64,000 nucleotides of DNA. Origin: Chthoniobacterales bacterium. GTDB lineage: Bacteria > Verrucomicrobiota > Verrucomicrobiia > Chthoniobacterales > JAATET01. Shown piece after piece: positions 18,759 to 28,794 of this stretch (positions are counted from its first letter, which is position 1; every line of letters starts with the position of its first letter). The notes beneath the pieces are model-generated. The model ran no database searches, was not told the DNA's origin, and saw only the letters and a list, made by a program, of their open reading frames with translations. The DNA lies in assembly GCA_036569045.1 (NCBI GenBank), contig DATCRI010000088.1:20115-84114 (forward strand), in the 5' to 3' direction. The translations under genes and the position numbers were made by a program.

Positions 18759-19877
18759 ATGAAACCTGTCCTCTCCTCCTCCCGCCTGGCCGCCGTCCTT
18801 TCCTGCACTGCGCTGCTCGGAGTCACCGCTTCCAAGGTCAACGCGCAGGCCCCTGCAGACAAGGCCTCCGGCGCCGATGCCCCGGCACCCACAGCGGCTC
18901 CCGCGGCCAAGCCGATCGAGTTGAAGGATCCCGTTGCCGTCGTGAACGGGGAAAAGATTTCCAAGGCGCAGCTCGAGGAGGCCTTCAACAACGCCGTCAA
19001 GATGAGCGGCATGGACGCCTCGAAGCTCGGTCCCGACCAGCAGCTCGCCGGCTACCACAAGCTCCTCGACGATCTGATCACCGAGAAGCTGCTCAAGGCG
19101 AAGGCCGCGGATTACAAGATCACCGACGCGGAAGTCGATGCGGAGCTCGCGAAGGTCAAAAAGAATTTCCCCGACGACAAGGCCTTCCAGGAACAGCTCA
19201 AGCAGGCCGGCCAGACCGAAGAGAAGCTCAAGGTTCTCATCAAGGACGGTCTCGCCCAGCGCAAATGGATCGACTCGCAGATCGGCGACAAGACGAAGGT
19301 GACCGACGCGGACGCCGAGGCTTTCTACAAGGCGAACACGAAGGAATTCGAACAGCCCGACCAGGTGCGCGCGAGCCACATCCTCTTCATGGTGCCCCAG
19401 GGCGCACCTGACTCCGAGGTGAAGAAGAAGGAAGCGGCGGCCGAGAAGGCCTACGAGCGCGCGAAGAAGGGCGAGGATTTCGCCAAGCTTGCCGCCGAGC
19501 TCACCGAGGAGCCGAATGGCAAGGAGCGCTCCGGCGACCTCGATTTCTTCTCGAAGGAGCAGATGGTGCCCGAGTTCGCGAACGCCGCGTTCTCGATGAA
19601 GGTCGGCGAAGTGAGCAAGCCGGTGAAGACCCAGTTCGGCTACCACGTCATCAAGGTGACCGACAAGAAGCCCGCCGGCACCGTGCCGTTCGATCAGGTC
19701 AAGCCCCAGCTCGTCGCCTACCTGAAGAGCCAGAAGCAGCAGGCCGCTGTTCAGGAAGTTCTCGGGAAGCTGCGCAGCGATGCGAAGATCACGAACAATC
19801 TGCCCGAAATGAAGGCCCCGACGATGTCGGCGCCGGGCACGGACGCTCCTGCTCCGGAGTCCAAGAGCGAGAATTAA
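18759..19877 (+). CDS. Periplasmic parvulin-type peptidyl-prolyl isomerase (SurA/PpiC-like)
   Basis: ATG 18759 gives the signal peptide MKPVLSSSRLAAVLSCTALLGVTASKVNA. The parvulin domain is ASHILFMV...GDLDFFSKEQMVPEFANAAFSMKVGEVSKPVKTQFGYHVIKV. Confidence 0.85.
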   Translation: MKPVLSSSRLAAVLSCTALLGVTASKVNAQAPADKASGADAPAPTAAPAAKPIELKDPVAVVNGEKISKAQLEEAFNNAVKMSGMDASKLGPDQQLAGYHKLLDDLITEKLLKAKAADYKITDAEVDAELAKVKKNFPDDKAFQEQLKQAGQTEEKLKVLIKDGLAQRKWIDSQIGDKTKVTDADAEAFYKANTKEFEQPDQVRASHILFMVPQGAPDSEVKKKEAAAEKAYERAKKGEDFAKLAAELTEEPNGKERSGDLDFFSKEQMVPEFANAAFSMKVGEVSKPVKTQFGYHVIKVTDKKPAGTVPFDQVKPQLVAYLKSQKQQAAVQEVLGKLRSDAKITNNLPEMKAPTMSAPGTDAPAPESKSEN

Positions 19878-19881
19878 TCGG

Positions 19882-20838
19882 ATGGCCAGCAAACAGGCGG
19901 TCGGACTCATCGGCCTTGGCATCATCGGATCCCGCGTCGCGGCGAATATTCGTCGCGCCGGTTACGAAGTCTGGGTCTGGAGCCGGTCGCCGAAGCCCGA
20001 GCCGAATTTCCTCAGCTCGGCCGCGGAGGTCGCGGAAACCGCCGACGTCCTCCTGCTGTTCGTTTCCGATGGTCCGGCCCTGCTCGAGACGCTCAAGGCG
20101 ATCGAGCCCGGCCTGTCTGCGCGGCATCTCATCGTCAACTGCGCGACCGTCTCGCCCGATGAAGCTCGCGAGGCGGCGAAGATTGCCGCCCGGGCCAGCG
20201 CGGGATTTCTCGATTGTCCCTTCACGGGCAGTCGCGATGCCGCCGAAGCCGGCCAGCTCGTTTTCTACGTCGCGGGTGCCAGCGACTGGCTCGATCGCGT
20301 TCGTCCCGTGCTCGGAGCCACCTCGAAGTCGATCGTCGAGATCGGCAGCGAAGTCGGCCAGGCCAGCCTGATCAAGATTGCGACGAATCTCGTCGCCGCG
20401 GCCACCGTGGAAGCTCTTGCCGAAGCGGTCGCGCTCGTCGATGCGAATGGCGTGTCCGGTGGGAAATTCCTCGAGGCGTTTGCGACCCATGGCACTCGCT
20501 CGGCGATCGCCGACATGAAGCTCCCCGGCATGGTGAGCGCCGACTTCGAGCCGCGTTTTGCCCTCAAGCACATGTTCAAGGACATCCAGCTCGCGCTCGC
20601 CACCGGGCGCGCGGCGGGAGTGGAATTGCCGGCCGCTGCGGCCACAGGCGGTGCGCTCATGGCGGGCATCCAGCAGGGCTGGGGCGACCAGGATTTTTCG
20701 GCCATCGCCAAACACTATCAATTCCCGGGCAAGGAACCGCTGGTGGCTTCCGCGCTCGCGGCGGCGGATGCAAATGCGTCCGCTGGTGCGACGAAACCGA
20801 AGCGCTTTTCCTTTTTCGGCGGCTCGCGTTCCGCGTGA
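19882..20838 (+). CDS. NAD(P)-dependent oxidoreductase, 3-hydroxyisobutyrate/6-phosphogluconate dehydrogenase-like
   Basis: VGLIGLGIIGSRVAANIRRAGYEVWVWSRS is the Rossmann GxGxxG motif. LKHMFKDIQLAL is typical of the HIBADH family. Confidence 0.8.
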   Translation: MASKQAVGLIGLGIIGSRVAANIRRAGYEVWVWSRSPKPEPNFLSSAAEVAETADVLLLFVSDGPALLETLKAIEPGLSARHLIVNCATVSPDEAREAAKIAARASAGFLDCPFTGSRDAAEAGQLVFYVAGASDWLDRVRPVLGATSKSIVEIGSEVGQASLIKIATNLVAAATVEALAEAVALVDANGVSGGKFLEAFATHGTRSAIADMKLPGMVSADFEPRFALKHMFKDIQLALATGRAAGVELPAAAATGGALMAGIQQGWGDQDFSAIAKHYQFPGKEPLVASALAAADANASAGATKPKRFSFFGGSRSA

Positions 20839-21704
20839 ACGAGGATTTTGCGTCGCGTCTCGCCCGGCTGCGCAGCGAGGGAGGATTTTTTCCCGTTGTC
20901 GACGTGGTGCGATTCGCCTTCACCGGCGCGGATCGGCTTCGCTACCTCAACGGCCAGGTTTCCAACGATCTCAGGAAACTCGAGCCCGGCACGGCGATGG
21001 CCGCCTGCATTCTGTCCGCCAAGGGTCGGCTCGATGGCGTCGTCTGGATCTGGAGTGAGGGAGATCGATTCGTGGTCGAGGGCGACGCGGCCCTCGCCGA
21101 GCCTCTGGCCATGCGGCTCGAGCGCTACATCGTGGCCGACGATGTCGAGGTCGCTGCGCTGCCGCCCGTCGAGACGTTTCACGTTTTCGGCCCGGCGGCT
21201 ACGGCGTTTTCCGGCGCCCGAAAGATCGGCCGGATGAACATTGCGGGTGTCGACTTGCCATCGGCCCCGTCCGGATGCCTCGAGGCAACGGCGGATGAAG
21301 TCGAACGTCTGCGCATCGAGAATGCCGTGCCGAAATGGGGAGCCGAGCTCGGGCCGGAGACGCTCCCGGCCGAGGCTGGGCTCGACGCGCTCGCCGTGGA
21401 TTTCCACAAGGGCTGCTACATCGGCCAGGAGGTCGTGTCGCGAATCAAGAGTGTCGGGCACGCCAACCGCGCCCTCCGGGTCTTCGATCTCATTGGGGGT
21501 GAGACACCGGCGGTCGGCACGGAATTTTTTGCACCGGACGAATCCGGACGGGCCGCTGCGGTGGTGACGTCGATTCACTTTGCATTGTCGCCTGCCGTTG
21601 GGCTCTGCTACATCAGGCGCGGAACCCGGGAGGGCGCCGTGCTCACGACGGCCGCCACCGGCTCCCAAATCCAACTTCGCCCGCCCGCCACGCTGAATGC
21701 ATAA
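20835..21704 (+). CDS. ygfZ: YgfZ/GcvT-like folate-binding protein
   Basis: GTG 20835 forms a GTGA overlap with the upstream stop. FTGADRLRYLNGQVSNDL...ILSAKGRL...DFHKGCYIGQEVVSR carries the conserved KGCYxGQE motif. Confidence 0.78.
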   Translation: MNEDFASRLARLRSEGGFFPVVDVVRFAFTGADRLRYLNGQVSNDLRKLEPGTAMAACILSAKGRLDGVVWIWSEGDRFVVEGDAALAEPLAMRLERYIVADDVEVAALPPVETFHVFGPAATAFSGARKIGRMNIAGVDLPSAPSGCLEATADEVERLRIENAVPKWGAELGPETLPAEAGLDALAVDFHKGCYIGQEVVSRIKSVGHANRALRVFDLIGGETPAVGTEFFAPDESGRAAAVVTSIHFALSPAVGLCYIRRGTREGAVLTTAATGSQIQLRPPATLNA

Positions 21705-22359
21705 AGCCATCCTGACCTCTCTCGCCGCGGTATTCCTGATCTCCGCATGCGCCCATCGCCCGGCCGAGCCCAGCAAGCTGCCCATCGCCGCGCCGGTGCC
21801 GACGAAACCTTCCGCGCCGCTCGGTCCCGATGTCGCCGTGATGCTCATCAAGATCGGCCGCGAGAAGACGCCTCAGCGAGTCGTGATCGGCTTCTACGAC
21901 GATGCCGCGCCGCTCACCGTGGCCAATTTCAAGGAACTCTGCCGCCGCAGGTTTTATAACGACATGCGCTTCCATCGCGTGTTCGAGCACTACCTCGTGC
22001 AATCGGGCGACCCCTACAGCCGCAACGGGGATACCGATCGCTCCGGGACCGGCGGACCGGGCTACACGGTGCCCGCAGAACTCACGCGCAAGCACGTCCG
22101 CGGGGCCGTCGCAATGTCGCGGCTCGAGGACAAGGTCAACCCCACGCGCGCCTCGAATGGCAGCCAGTTCTACGTCTGTCTCGAGCCAATGCCGCAGCTC
22201 GACGGGAAATACACCGTCTTCGGCGAGGTCATCGAAGGACTCGAGGTGCTCGACTACATCAGCGGTCGCCCGACAAATTCCAACGATTTCCCCTTGGAAA
22301 AAATCGAGATTACCTCTATCAAGATCGAACCTCGCGTAGCGACCAGTGCGCCGCTGTGA
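21697..22359 (+). CDS. Cyclophilin-type peptidyl-prolyl isomerase, lipoprotein
   Basis: MHKAILTSLAAVFLISAC is a lipobox. FHRVFEHYLVQSGDP...GTGGPGYTVPAE...GAVAMSR...SNGSQFYVCL...LDGKYTVFGEVIEGLEVL is the cyclophilin core. Confidence 0.88.
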   Translation: MHKAILTSLAAVFLISACAHRPAEPSKLPIAAPVPTKPSAPLGPDVAVMLIKIGREKTPQRVVIGFYDDAAPLTVANFKELCRRRFYNDMRFHRVFEHYLVQSGDPYSRNGDTDRSGTGGPGYTVPAELTRKHVRGAVAMSRLEDKVNPTRASNGSQFYVCLEPMPQLDGKYTVFGEVIEGLEVLDYISGRPTNSNDFPLEKIEITSIKIEPRVATSAPL

Positions 22360-22387
22360 GTTAGCCGAGCCCAAGGCTGTAATTAAC

Positions 22388-22469
22388 GGGTAGGTTCCGG
22401 AGTGGCCAAACGGGGTGGACTGTAAATCCACTGGCATTGCCTTCACAGGTTCGAATCCTGTCCTGCCCA
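22388..22469 (+). tRNA. tRNA-Tyr (anticodon GTA)
   Basis: GGGTAGGTTCCGGAGTGGCCAAACGGGGTGGACTGTAAATCCACTGGCATTGCCTTCACAGGTTCGAATCCTGTCCTGCCCA. The acceptor stem pairs, the anticodon loop is CTGTAAA, and a long variable arm is present. Confidence 0.88.
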
Positions 22470-22474
22470 TTTTA

Positions 22475-22515
22475 CCCGCCAACCCTGAGAAACTCAGGCG
22501 CGGCGGGTTTTTTTT
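22475..22515 (+). terminator. Rho-independent terminator after tRNA-Tyr
   Basis: Nested hairpin cccgcc..cctgag-aaa-ctcagg..ggcggg followed by a T8 run. Confidence 0.75.
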
Positions 22516-22547
22516 GCCCTCGATTGGTCGCTCGGGCGCGGAGCCTT

Positions 22548-22559
22548 GCCAAATTTGGC
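22548..22559. promoter_or_regulatory. Perfect 12-bp palindrome GCCAAATTTGGC upstream of copA (candidate operator)
   Basis: Seen directly. It lies about 36 nt upstream of the copA ATG and overlaps a TTGCCA -35-like hexamer. The binding factor is unknown. Confidence 0.3.
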
Positions 22560-22594
22560 GCGGGAATCGGGAGGCGTTGCGGTAGGATTACGAA

Positions 22595-24886
22595 ATGAAG
22601 TCGTGCTGTCATTCGAAGGGATCGGAGACGGTTTCCTCGCCGGTCAAGAAATGGTTCTGTCCGATGTGTCCCGGGGTGGAGTCGGACGAGCCGGGGGCCT
22701 GCCCGAAATGCGGCATGGCGCTCGAGCGGAATCCCGCATTTCGCGAGGAGGCGCTCTACACGTGCCCGATGCATCCGGAAGTGCGGCGGAATCAGCCGGG
22801 AGAGTGTCCGATCTGCGGCATGGCGCTGGAGCCGGTGGCGGCGCAGACCGACGACGACAATGCGGAGTTGCGCGAGATGACGCGGCGTTTCTGGATCGGT
22901 CTCGCGCTGACCGCTCCGGTATTTCTGCTGGCAATGGGCGCGCATGTGCCGGGCCTGAGCATGCTGGAAGGGCCTGTCTTCGCGTGGGCGCAGTTTCTTT
23001 TGAGCACACCGGTGGTGCTGTGGGCCGGCTGGCCTTTCTTTGTGCGGGGTGCGCGGTCGCTGCGTTCCGGGCACTTGAACATGTTCACGCTCATCTCGAT
23101 CGGGACGGGCGCGGCGTATGGCTTCAGCGTCGTCGCGTTGCTCGTGCCGGGAATTCTGCCGCACGCCTTCACGCATGGCGGCATGGTGCCGGTGTATTTC
23201 GAGGCGGCGGCGGTGATCACCGTGCTGGTGCTCCTCGGGCAGGTGCTGGAATTGCGGGCGCGCGCCGGCACCGGCGCGGCGATTCGGGCGTTGCTGACGC
23301 TGGCGCCGAAGACGGCACACGTGATCGAGGATGGCGAGGAGCGCGATGTGGATGTCGATACCATCAAGGCCGGCGCGGAGTTGCGCGTGAAGCCGGGCGA
23401 GAAATTTCCGGTGGATGGTGTGGTGATCGACGGCCGGACCTCGGTGGACGAGTCCATGCTCACGGGTGAGCCCAATCCCGTCGAAAAACGGGCCGGCGAC
23501 AAGGTTGCGGCGGGCACGATCAATGGAACCGGCAGCCTGCGCGTCTCGGCCGAGCGGGTTGGGGAAGGGACGATGCTGTCCCAGATCGTGGCGATGGTTT
23601 CGCAGGCGCAGCGGAGTCGGGCGCCGATCCAGCGACTGGCGGACGTGGTCGCGGGCTGGTTCGTTCCAGCGGTGCTCGGGGTGGCGGTGATGACGTTTCT
23701 GATCTGGCTGTTCGTCGGCCCGCAACCGGCGCTGAATTACGCGCTCGTCAACGCGGTGGCCGTCCTGATCATCGCGTGCCCGTGCGCGCTGGGGCTTGCG
23801 ACGCCGATGTCGATCATGGTGGCGGTCGGGCGAGGCGCCGGGCTGGGCGTCCTCGTGAAGGATGCCGCTGCCCTGGAAACCCTGGGACGGGTTGCGACGC
23901 TGGTCGTCGACAAGACGGGAACGCTCACCGCCGGCAAACCTGCCGTGACGCATGTGGAACCGATCGGCGTTTCTTCGAATGAGTTGCTGGGACTGGCCGC
24001 GGCGGTCGAGGCCGCCAGCGAACACCCGATCGCGACCGCCGTGCTGGCTGCGGCCCGCGAGGCTGGCATCGCCGTTTCCGAGGTGAGTCATTTCGAGGCG
24101 GTCACGGGCGAGGGCGTGCGCGGCACGGTTGACGGCGTCGAGGTGCTCGTCGGAAAACGGAGCTTTGCGGACACCGGCAACGCGGCGGCGGAGGAGCTCG
24201 TGGCGCAGGCCGCGAAGCTCCAGGACGAAGGCGGAACGCTGATCTGGATCGCGAAGGGAGGTCGCCTGCTGGGGTTTGTCGCCGTTGCGGATCCCCTCAA
24301 GCCGACCACGGCGGAAGCGGTGACGGCACTGCATCGTCTCGGATTGCGTCTGGTGATGCTCACTGGCGACGATCCGCGGACCGCGCAGCACGTGGCTCGC
24401 GCCGTGGGCATCGACGAGGTCTTTGCGGGAGTCAGTCCGCGAGATAAGCAGGAGCACGTTGCGGAGTTGAAGCGATCCGGCGCGCTCGTGGCGATGGCTG
24501 GGGACGGGATCAACGACGCCCCGGCTCTGGCGGCAGCCGATGTCGGCATCGCCATGGGAACCGGCACCGAAGTCGCCATGGAGAGCGCCGGCGTCACCCT
24601 GGTGAAAGGCGATCTTCGCGGCATCGTTCAGGGGGTCGCGCTCAGCCGCGCCACCATGCGCAACATCCGGCAGAATCTCGTTTTTGCCTTCGTTTACAAT
24701 GTGGTCGGCGTGCCGGTGGCGGCTGGCGTGCTGTATCCGATGTTTGGCCTGCTGCTCAGTCCGATCATCGCGAGCGCGGCAATGGCATTCAGCAGCGTGT
24801 CGGTGATCGGAAATGCCCTGCGATTGCGGGGAATAAAGCTCGGGGACGCCGCTCTCACTACCGATCACCAAACGCAGGAGGTGTGA
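22595..24886 (+). CDS. copA: Copper(I)-translocating P1B-type ATPase with two N-terminal Cys-rich zinc-ribbon-like metal-binding domains
   Basis: The CPC motif [27 protein letters not shown] and [10 protein letters not shown] are present. The N-terminus has the duplicated motifs [23 protein letters not shown] and [24 protein letters not shown]. Confidence 0.92.
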   Translation: MKSCCHSKGSETVSSPVKKWFCPMCPGVESDEPGACPKCGMALERNPAFREEALYTCPMHPEVRRNQPGECPICGMALEPVAAQTDDDNAELREMTRRFWIGLALTAPVFLLAMGAHVPGLSMLEGPVFAWAQFLLSTPVVLWAGWPFFVRGARSLRSGHLNMFTLISIGTGAAYGFSVVALLVPGILPHAFTHGGMVPVYFEAAAVITVLVLLGQVLELRARAGTGAAIRALLTLAPKTAHVIEDGEERDVDVDTIKAGAELRVKPGEKFPVDGVVIDGRTSVDESMLTGEPNPVEKRAGDKVAAGTINGTGSLRVSAERVGEGTMLSQIVAMVSQAQRSRAPIQRLADVVAGWFVPAVLGVAVMTFLIWLFVGPQPALNYALVNAVAVLIIACPCALGLATPMSIMVAVGRGAGLGVLVKDAAALETLGRVATLVVDKTGTLTAGKPAVTHVEPIGVSSNELLGLAAAVEAASEHPIATAVLAAAREAGIAVSEVSHFEAVTGEGVRGTVDGVEVLVGKRSFADTGNAAAEELVAQAAKLQDEGGTLIWIAKGGRLLGFVAVADPLKPTTAEAVTALHRLGLRLVMLTGDDPRTAQHVARAVGIDEVFAGVSPRDKQEHVAELKRSGALVAMAGDGINDAPALAAADVGIAMGTGTEVAMESAGVTLVKGDLRGIVQGVALSRATMRNIRQNLVFAFVYNVVGVPVAAGVLYPMFGLLLSPIIASAAMAFSSVSVIGNALRLRGIKLGDAALTTDHQTQEV

Positions 24887-24934
24887 AAACCGCCTTCCGT
24901 GCTAAAGTGGTCTATCCTTCATATTCCCAAAACC

Positions 24935-25213
24935 ATGAAACCCACGCTCCTCCTTGCTGCGATCGCGATGATCGCCGCGCCGTTCAGTCTTCGCGCCGCC
25001 GACACGGCGAAGCCCTACGCCCTCGATACCTGCCTGATCTCCGGCGAGAAAATCGGCGAAATGGGCAAGCCGACGGTCGTGACCTACGAAGGCCAGGAAA
25101 TCAAACTCTGCTGCGGAAGCTGTAAGAAGGCTTTCGACAAGGATCCCGCTGCCGTTGTGAAGAAATACAACGCCGCGGTGGCCTCGAAGTCCTCCGGCGG
25201 CAAGTCGAACTGA
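24935..25213 (+). CDS. Small periplasmic protein with YHS/TRASH-like Cys motif (putative metal-binding)
   Basis: ATG 24935 gives the signal peptide MKPTLLLAAIAMIAAPFSLRAA. DTCLISGEKIGEMGKPTVVTYEGQEIKLCCGSCKKAFDKDPAAVV resembles YHS/TRASH. Located directly downstream of copA. Confidence 0.6.
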   Translation: MKPTLLLAAIAMIAAPFSLRAADTAKPYALDTCLISGEKIGEMGKPTVVTYEGQEIKLCCGSCKKAFDKDPAAVVKKYNAAVASKSSGGKSN

Positions 25214-25241
25214 TCGAGTCGCAGAAACACGGACGCTCCGG

Positions 25242-26177
25242 TTAGCGATCCACTGAGATCTTTTTCCGGAGCGTCAAACGCCACCGTTTTCCATCGAATC
25301 TGAGGGAGCGGTTCAGGCGCGAGTTCCCATCGGGATCCACGCCGGTCAGCTTGATCCGTGCGCTCCGCCCGCGAATTTCCTTCGCCCGCGGCGTGAGCAC
25401 CCTGACCGTCCAGGCCCCATTCCGGACGGGCGCGTCGGCGAAGTGAGAGGCCGTGTCGGCCTCGACGGACGCAAGCGCATAGGGGCTGGTCGCCGTTCCG
25501 ATGATTTTCAGGCGACGTCCCTGATTTTTGATGAGGTTTACGGCGAAGACCGGCGGCGCGTAATACTGCGTTTCAGCCGGATTGCCCGCGCCGTAGCGGG
25601 ATTGCATGCCGGCGACATCGTCCGGCGAGGGGAGGTAACGGTCGGCGATGATGGAGTTCATGAGCGCGTCGACGTTCTGGCCGGACTCGTCCGGATGACC
25701 GAGACCAAATGCGTGGCCGATCTCGTGGAACAGCACGCGCTTGATGTCGACCGTCGACTGCAACGCAAGACCGTCGTAGGCGTCCCATTGGTAACTGGCA
25801 TTGACGAGAATGTCGGACTCGATGCCGGCGCCAAACCGTTCGATCGTCTTGCAGACCGCGAGCTTCCCGGCAACGTCGGCTGAAGTGCTCCAATAAATTT
25901 CACTCACGCCATTTCCGAGCCTCGGACCGCTCGCGGAAGTTCCGGGCGTGGCTTTGATCTCCAGATTCTGCCCGTGGAGGGCCCAGCGGAAAGCGACCTG
26001 CGAGGCGCAGGCGTCCCACGATGACGAGCCGTCGAGCAGGTGGAAGGAAGCCGTTCCGAGATAGGATTCAAATGCGATGCTTCGAATCGGCGTCGAGGGA
26101 TCGAAGGAATAGACGTAGGCCTGAGCCTGGGACATCAGGCTGAGAGCGAACGAGAACGCCAGGATCCGGAACGACAT
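25242..26177 (-). CDS. Secreted matrixin-like (M10-type) zinc metalloprotease
   Basis: Signal peptide MSFRILAFSFALSLMSQAQA. Zinc motif VLFHEIGHAFGLGHPD (HExxHxxGxxH), then a Met-turn candidate ALMNS. Confidence 0.8.
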   Translation of the reverse strand: MSFRILAFSFALSLMSQAQAYVYSFDPSTPIRSIAFESYLGTASFHLLDGSSSWDACASQVAFRWALHGQNLEIKATPGTSASGPRLGNGVSEIYWSTSADVAGKLAVCKTIERFGAGIESDILVNASYQWDAYDGLALQSTVDIKRVLFHEIGHAFGLGHPDESGQNVDALMNSIIADRYLPSPDDVAGMQSRYGAGNPAETQYYAPPVFAVNLIKNQGRRLKIIGTATSPYALASVEADTASHFADAPVRNGAWTVRVLTPRAKEIRGRSARIKLTGVDPDGNSRLNRSLRFDGKRWRLTLRKKISVDR

Positions 26178-26431
26178 TGGCGCGCAAACTAGCTGAGTAT
26201 CTCATGTGGTCAAAAAGATTCACATTCAATGGCGTAAGAATTTAATCTCATTAAGAGTGTGTTGGCAAAGTAGAAGAATTTCCGAATTTTTCCGACTTGA
26301 TTGCTGCTTCCGTGAAGGTGTCGACCGGACGGCGAGCTAATTTGGACGCCTTCCAGAGAGGAGTCTCTCGGGAGCATCGCCCGAAGTTGGCGGTGGCAGC
26401 CTTCTTGAGGCAAGCGCGAGAACGGGATGAC

Positions 26432-26707
26432 CTATTCGAGCGGTGCGATGGCCATGATTTCGCCGGTTTCGGTGACGGTCACGAGCGTGCGATTTTTTGC
26501 CTCCGCAATGGTGATGCGATAGTAGACGTAGTCGTTGCGATGATCATCCTGCTCCGCGGCTTCCACCCGAGCGGAGGGAAATTTCTGCTTCAACGCGGTA
26601 GAGACGGCGGCGGGTAGCTGCGACGGGGCAATCGTTCCGGCCGTGCTCGAGAGGCTGGAAAGGGCCAGCAGACCGAGGAAAATCGGAAGCCGGGCGACTC
26701 GGAGCAT
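26432..26707 (-). CDS. Small secreted PepSY-like protein
   Basis: ATG 26707 lies inside track ORF 26432..26857. MLRVARLPIFLGLLALSSLSSTAG is a signal peptide. LPAAVSTALKQKFPSARVEAAEQDDHRNDYVYYRITIAEAKNRTLVTVTETGEI follows a PepSY-like pattern. Confidence 0.6.
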   Translation of the reverse strand: MLRVARLPIFLGLLALSSLSSTAGTIAPSQLPAAVSTALKQKFPSARVEAAEQDDHRNDYVYYRITIAEAKNRTLVTVTETGEIMAIAPLE

Positions 26708-26879
26708 GCGGCAAGGTAGGACTTTCGCAGGAGCCTGCAATATTTCTTCTGGATTGTCGGGAAAGTCGGTTGAAACGTGGCGGCAGGTGAGCCCCGCGAG
26801 AAAACCTCTGCCTCGAAAGAAGGGAAAGAAAATCGTCCTGCAGCGTAGGTCTCGCAAAAATGCGACGAGGACGGAGCGA

Positions 26880-28754
26880 GTGTTTCCAGAGAAAGATCGG
26901 GCCGTTGAAGCCGGATTGGAAGTGGAGTCCCGTTACCTGACGCAGGTCGAGCGGGCTCTGTTGCGCGAGAGTCGGATGCGCGCCACGGCCGAGCGGACGG
27001 TGCGCCGGCAGACGCAGGCGCTGGCGAGCACGTTCAACCTGCTGCTCGATCGCGCGGATGAACCGGGATTCGTGCGCGGGGTCCTGAGGGCAATCACCCG
27101 GGAAACCGCCGGGATCGGGGCAACCTTCTGGCGGCTGTTTCCGGAGAAGACGCCGCGTCGCGAGATGCATTACTTTATCGATGAGGAAAGTCGCCGGGAT
27201 GCGGAGATCGCGGGCGATTGGCATGCGCGCGAACTGAGGATGGTTGGGCGGCTGCATCAGGGCCTGATCGAGGAGCACCGGTGCACCGTGGTTCTCCGGG
27301 CGGATGATTCGCGGATTCCCGCGACGATCCGGCGGCTTTACGCGAACAGCGGCGTGCGGAGTCTGCTGCTGCTTCCGTTGCTGGTTGGTGAGAGGATTCT
27401 TGGCTGGATCGTTTACCTGACGGCGAGTTCCCTGCCGGAGATTCGACCGGAGACCGTCGCCTTCATGGAGACTGCGGCGCAGCAGGCGGGCCTGGCGATT
27501 CACCTGCACTTTCTCAACGACCGGGCGCAGGAGATGGAGTGCGCCCTCGAGAGCGAGCAGCTCGCGCGTTCTGCCGAGGAGGAAATGCGCCGCATCAGCC
27601 GGCTGATGAAGATTTCTCTCACCTCGCTGGATGACGTCGGCAGCCTCGACCAATTTCTGCAGGACACATTGCGAAACATGGTCGAGCTCCTGCGCGGTGA
27701 GGCGGGGGGGCTGTGGCAATGGGACGAGAGCTTTGGAATCTTTGCTCCGCGCTGGGTGTGCCGTGACGGAGAAGCGCGGGCGCTTTCGGAGGGGGTCAGT
27801 CGGCAGATCGGGTGCGTGGCCTGGGAGAAACATCGAAGTCTCGTGCGGCTCTGGGCGACGGCCGATGGGGTGCAGGTGCGGAAGCGCTCCACGCCAGCCA
27901 TGCGGCGCTACATGGTGGACATTCTCGACGGCAAGGGCGAACTGCCCGGCACGCACCTGGTGACCGTGCCCCTGAATTTCGGCGAGGCGACGAACGGCGG
28001 CTTCGTGCAGATCCTGACATCGATGAATGTCACGGGCACGGAGGAAAGCCTGCTCGCGGTGCAGGCGCTTGCCCTGCAGGCAAAATTCGCTCTGCGGGTG
28101 GCGGGGCTGGCGGCGGCCGAGCGCTCCCGGGCGATCGCGGAAGAACGCAGCAAGATGGCTCGCGATTTGCATGACATCCTCGCGCAGTCGTTCAGTGGCA
28201 TCCTCCTGCAGATCGAGGCCATGCGCGCGGAGTGTCCGGAACTCTCCGCTCCGGTTTCCGAACGATTGTCGAAGATTCAGGCGCAGGCGATGCGCAGCGT
28301 CGAGGACGTGCGACGGTCGATCCTGATGCTGCGCCCCGCGCTGCTTGACAACCACGCGCTGACGTCCGCTTTGAAGGCGCTCGGAAACGAAGTCGCCGCG
28401 GCGACGGGCGTAAAAATCCGGGTGAAGGTCTCCTCCGACATGGGACCGATCGAGGCAAAGGTCGAAATGAATCTCTTCGCAATCGCCTCGGAGGCGATCC
28501 AAAACGCGGTGCGACACGCGGAGCCCCGGTCGATCGGAGTTTCTCTCACCGTCTCACGTCGCCATCTTTCTCTTCGGATTATCGATGACGGAATGGGGTG
28601 TGCGAAATCCGCCACGCGTGGAAAGAAATCCACACGATTCGGAATCTTCAACATGCGCGAGCGTGCCCGGGCAATCGGGGGCCGACTTTCCTGGACTTCC
28701 CCGCGAACGGGGGGAACTCGGGTCGGGGTGTCGATTCCGCTTTCGCTGCTCTAA
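26880..28754 (+). CDS. Cytoplasmic sensor histidine kinase, tandem GAF-like domains plus HisKA_3 plus HATPase_c
   Basis: The H-box is ERSKMARDLHDILAQSFSG (HisKA_3, NarL-partner type). The ATPase region is ASEAIQNAVRHA...IIDDGMG...GIFNMRERARAIGG. I see no TM helices. The start is uncertain: GTG 26880 or ATG 26976. The track start 26643 overlaps the convergent PepSY gene. Confidence 0.8.
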   Translation: MFPEKDRAVEAGLEVESRYLTQVERALLRESRMRATAERTVRRQTQALASTFNLLLDRADEPGFVRGVLRAITRETAGIGATFWRLFPEKTPRREMHYFIDEESRRDAEIAGDWHARELRMVGRLHQGLIEEHRCTVVLRADDSRIPATIRRLYANSGVRSLLLLPLLVGERILGWIVYLTASSLPEIRPETVAFMETAAQQAGLAIHLHFLNDRAQEMECALESEQLARSAEEEMRRISRLMKISLTSLDDVGSLDQFLQDTLRNMVELLRGEAGGLWQWDESFGIFAPRWVCRDGEARALSEGVSRQIGCVAWEKHRSLVRLWATADGVQVRKRSTPAMRRYMVDILDGKGELPGTHLVTVPLNFGEATNGGFVQILTSMNVTGTEESLLAVQALALQAKFALRVAGLAAAERSRAIAEERSKMARDLHDILAQSFSGILLQIEAMRAECPELSAPVSERLSKIQAQAMRSVEDVRRSILMLRPALLDNHALTSALKALGNEVAAATGVKIRVKVSSDMGPIEAKVEMNLFAIASEAIQNAVRHAEPRSIGVSLTVSRRHLSLRIIDDGMGCAKSATRGKKSTRFGIFNMRERARAIGGRLSWTSPRTGGTRVGVSIPLSLL

Positions 28755-28794
28755 GACATCCTTCTCGTTGCGGGATTTGCAAGCGAGTGTTCGG

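Noticed and set aside
22472-24871. 799-aa minus-strand ORF opposite copA
   Set aside because: Shadow ORF. The His/Arg/Pro-rich translation has no domain logic, and copA on the plus strand carries all the P-type ATPase motifs.
26210-26413. 67-aa minus-strand ORF in the AT-rich patch
   Set aside because: The composition-driven ORF has no start context or motif. It lies where the metalloprotease promoter is expected.
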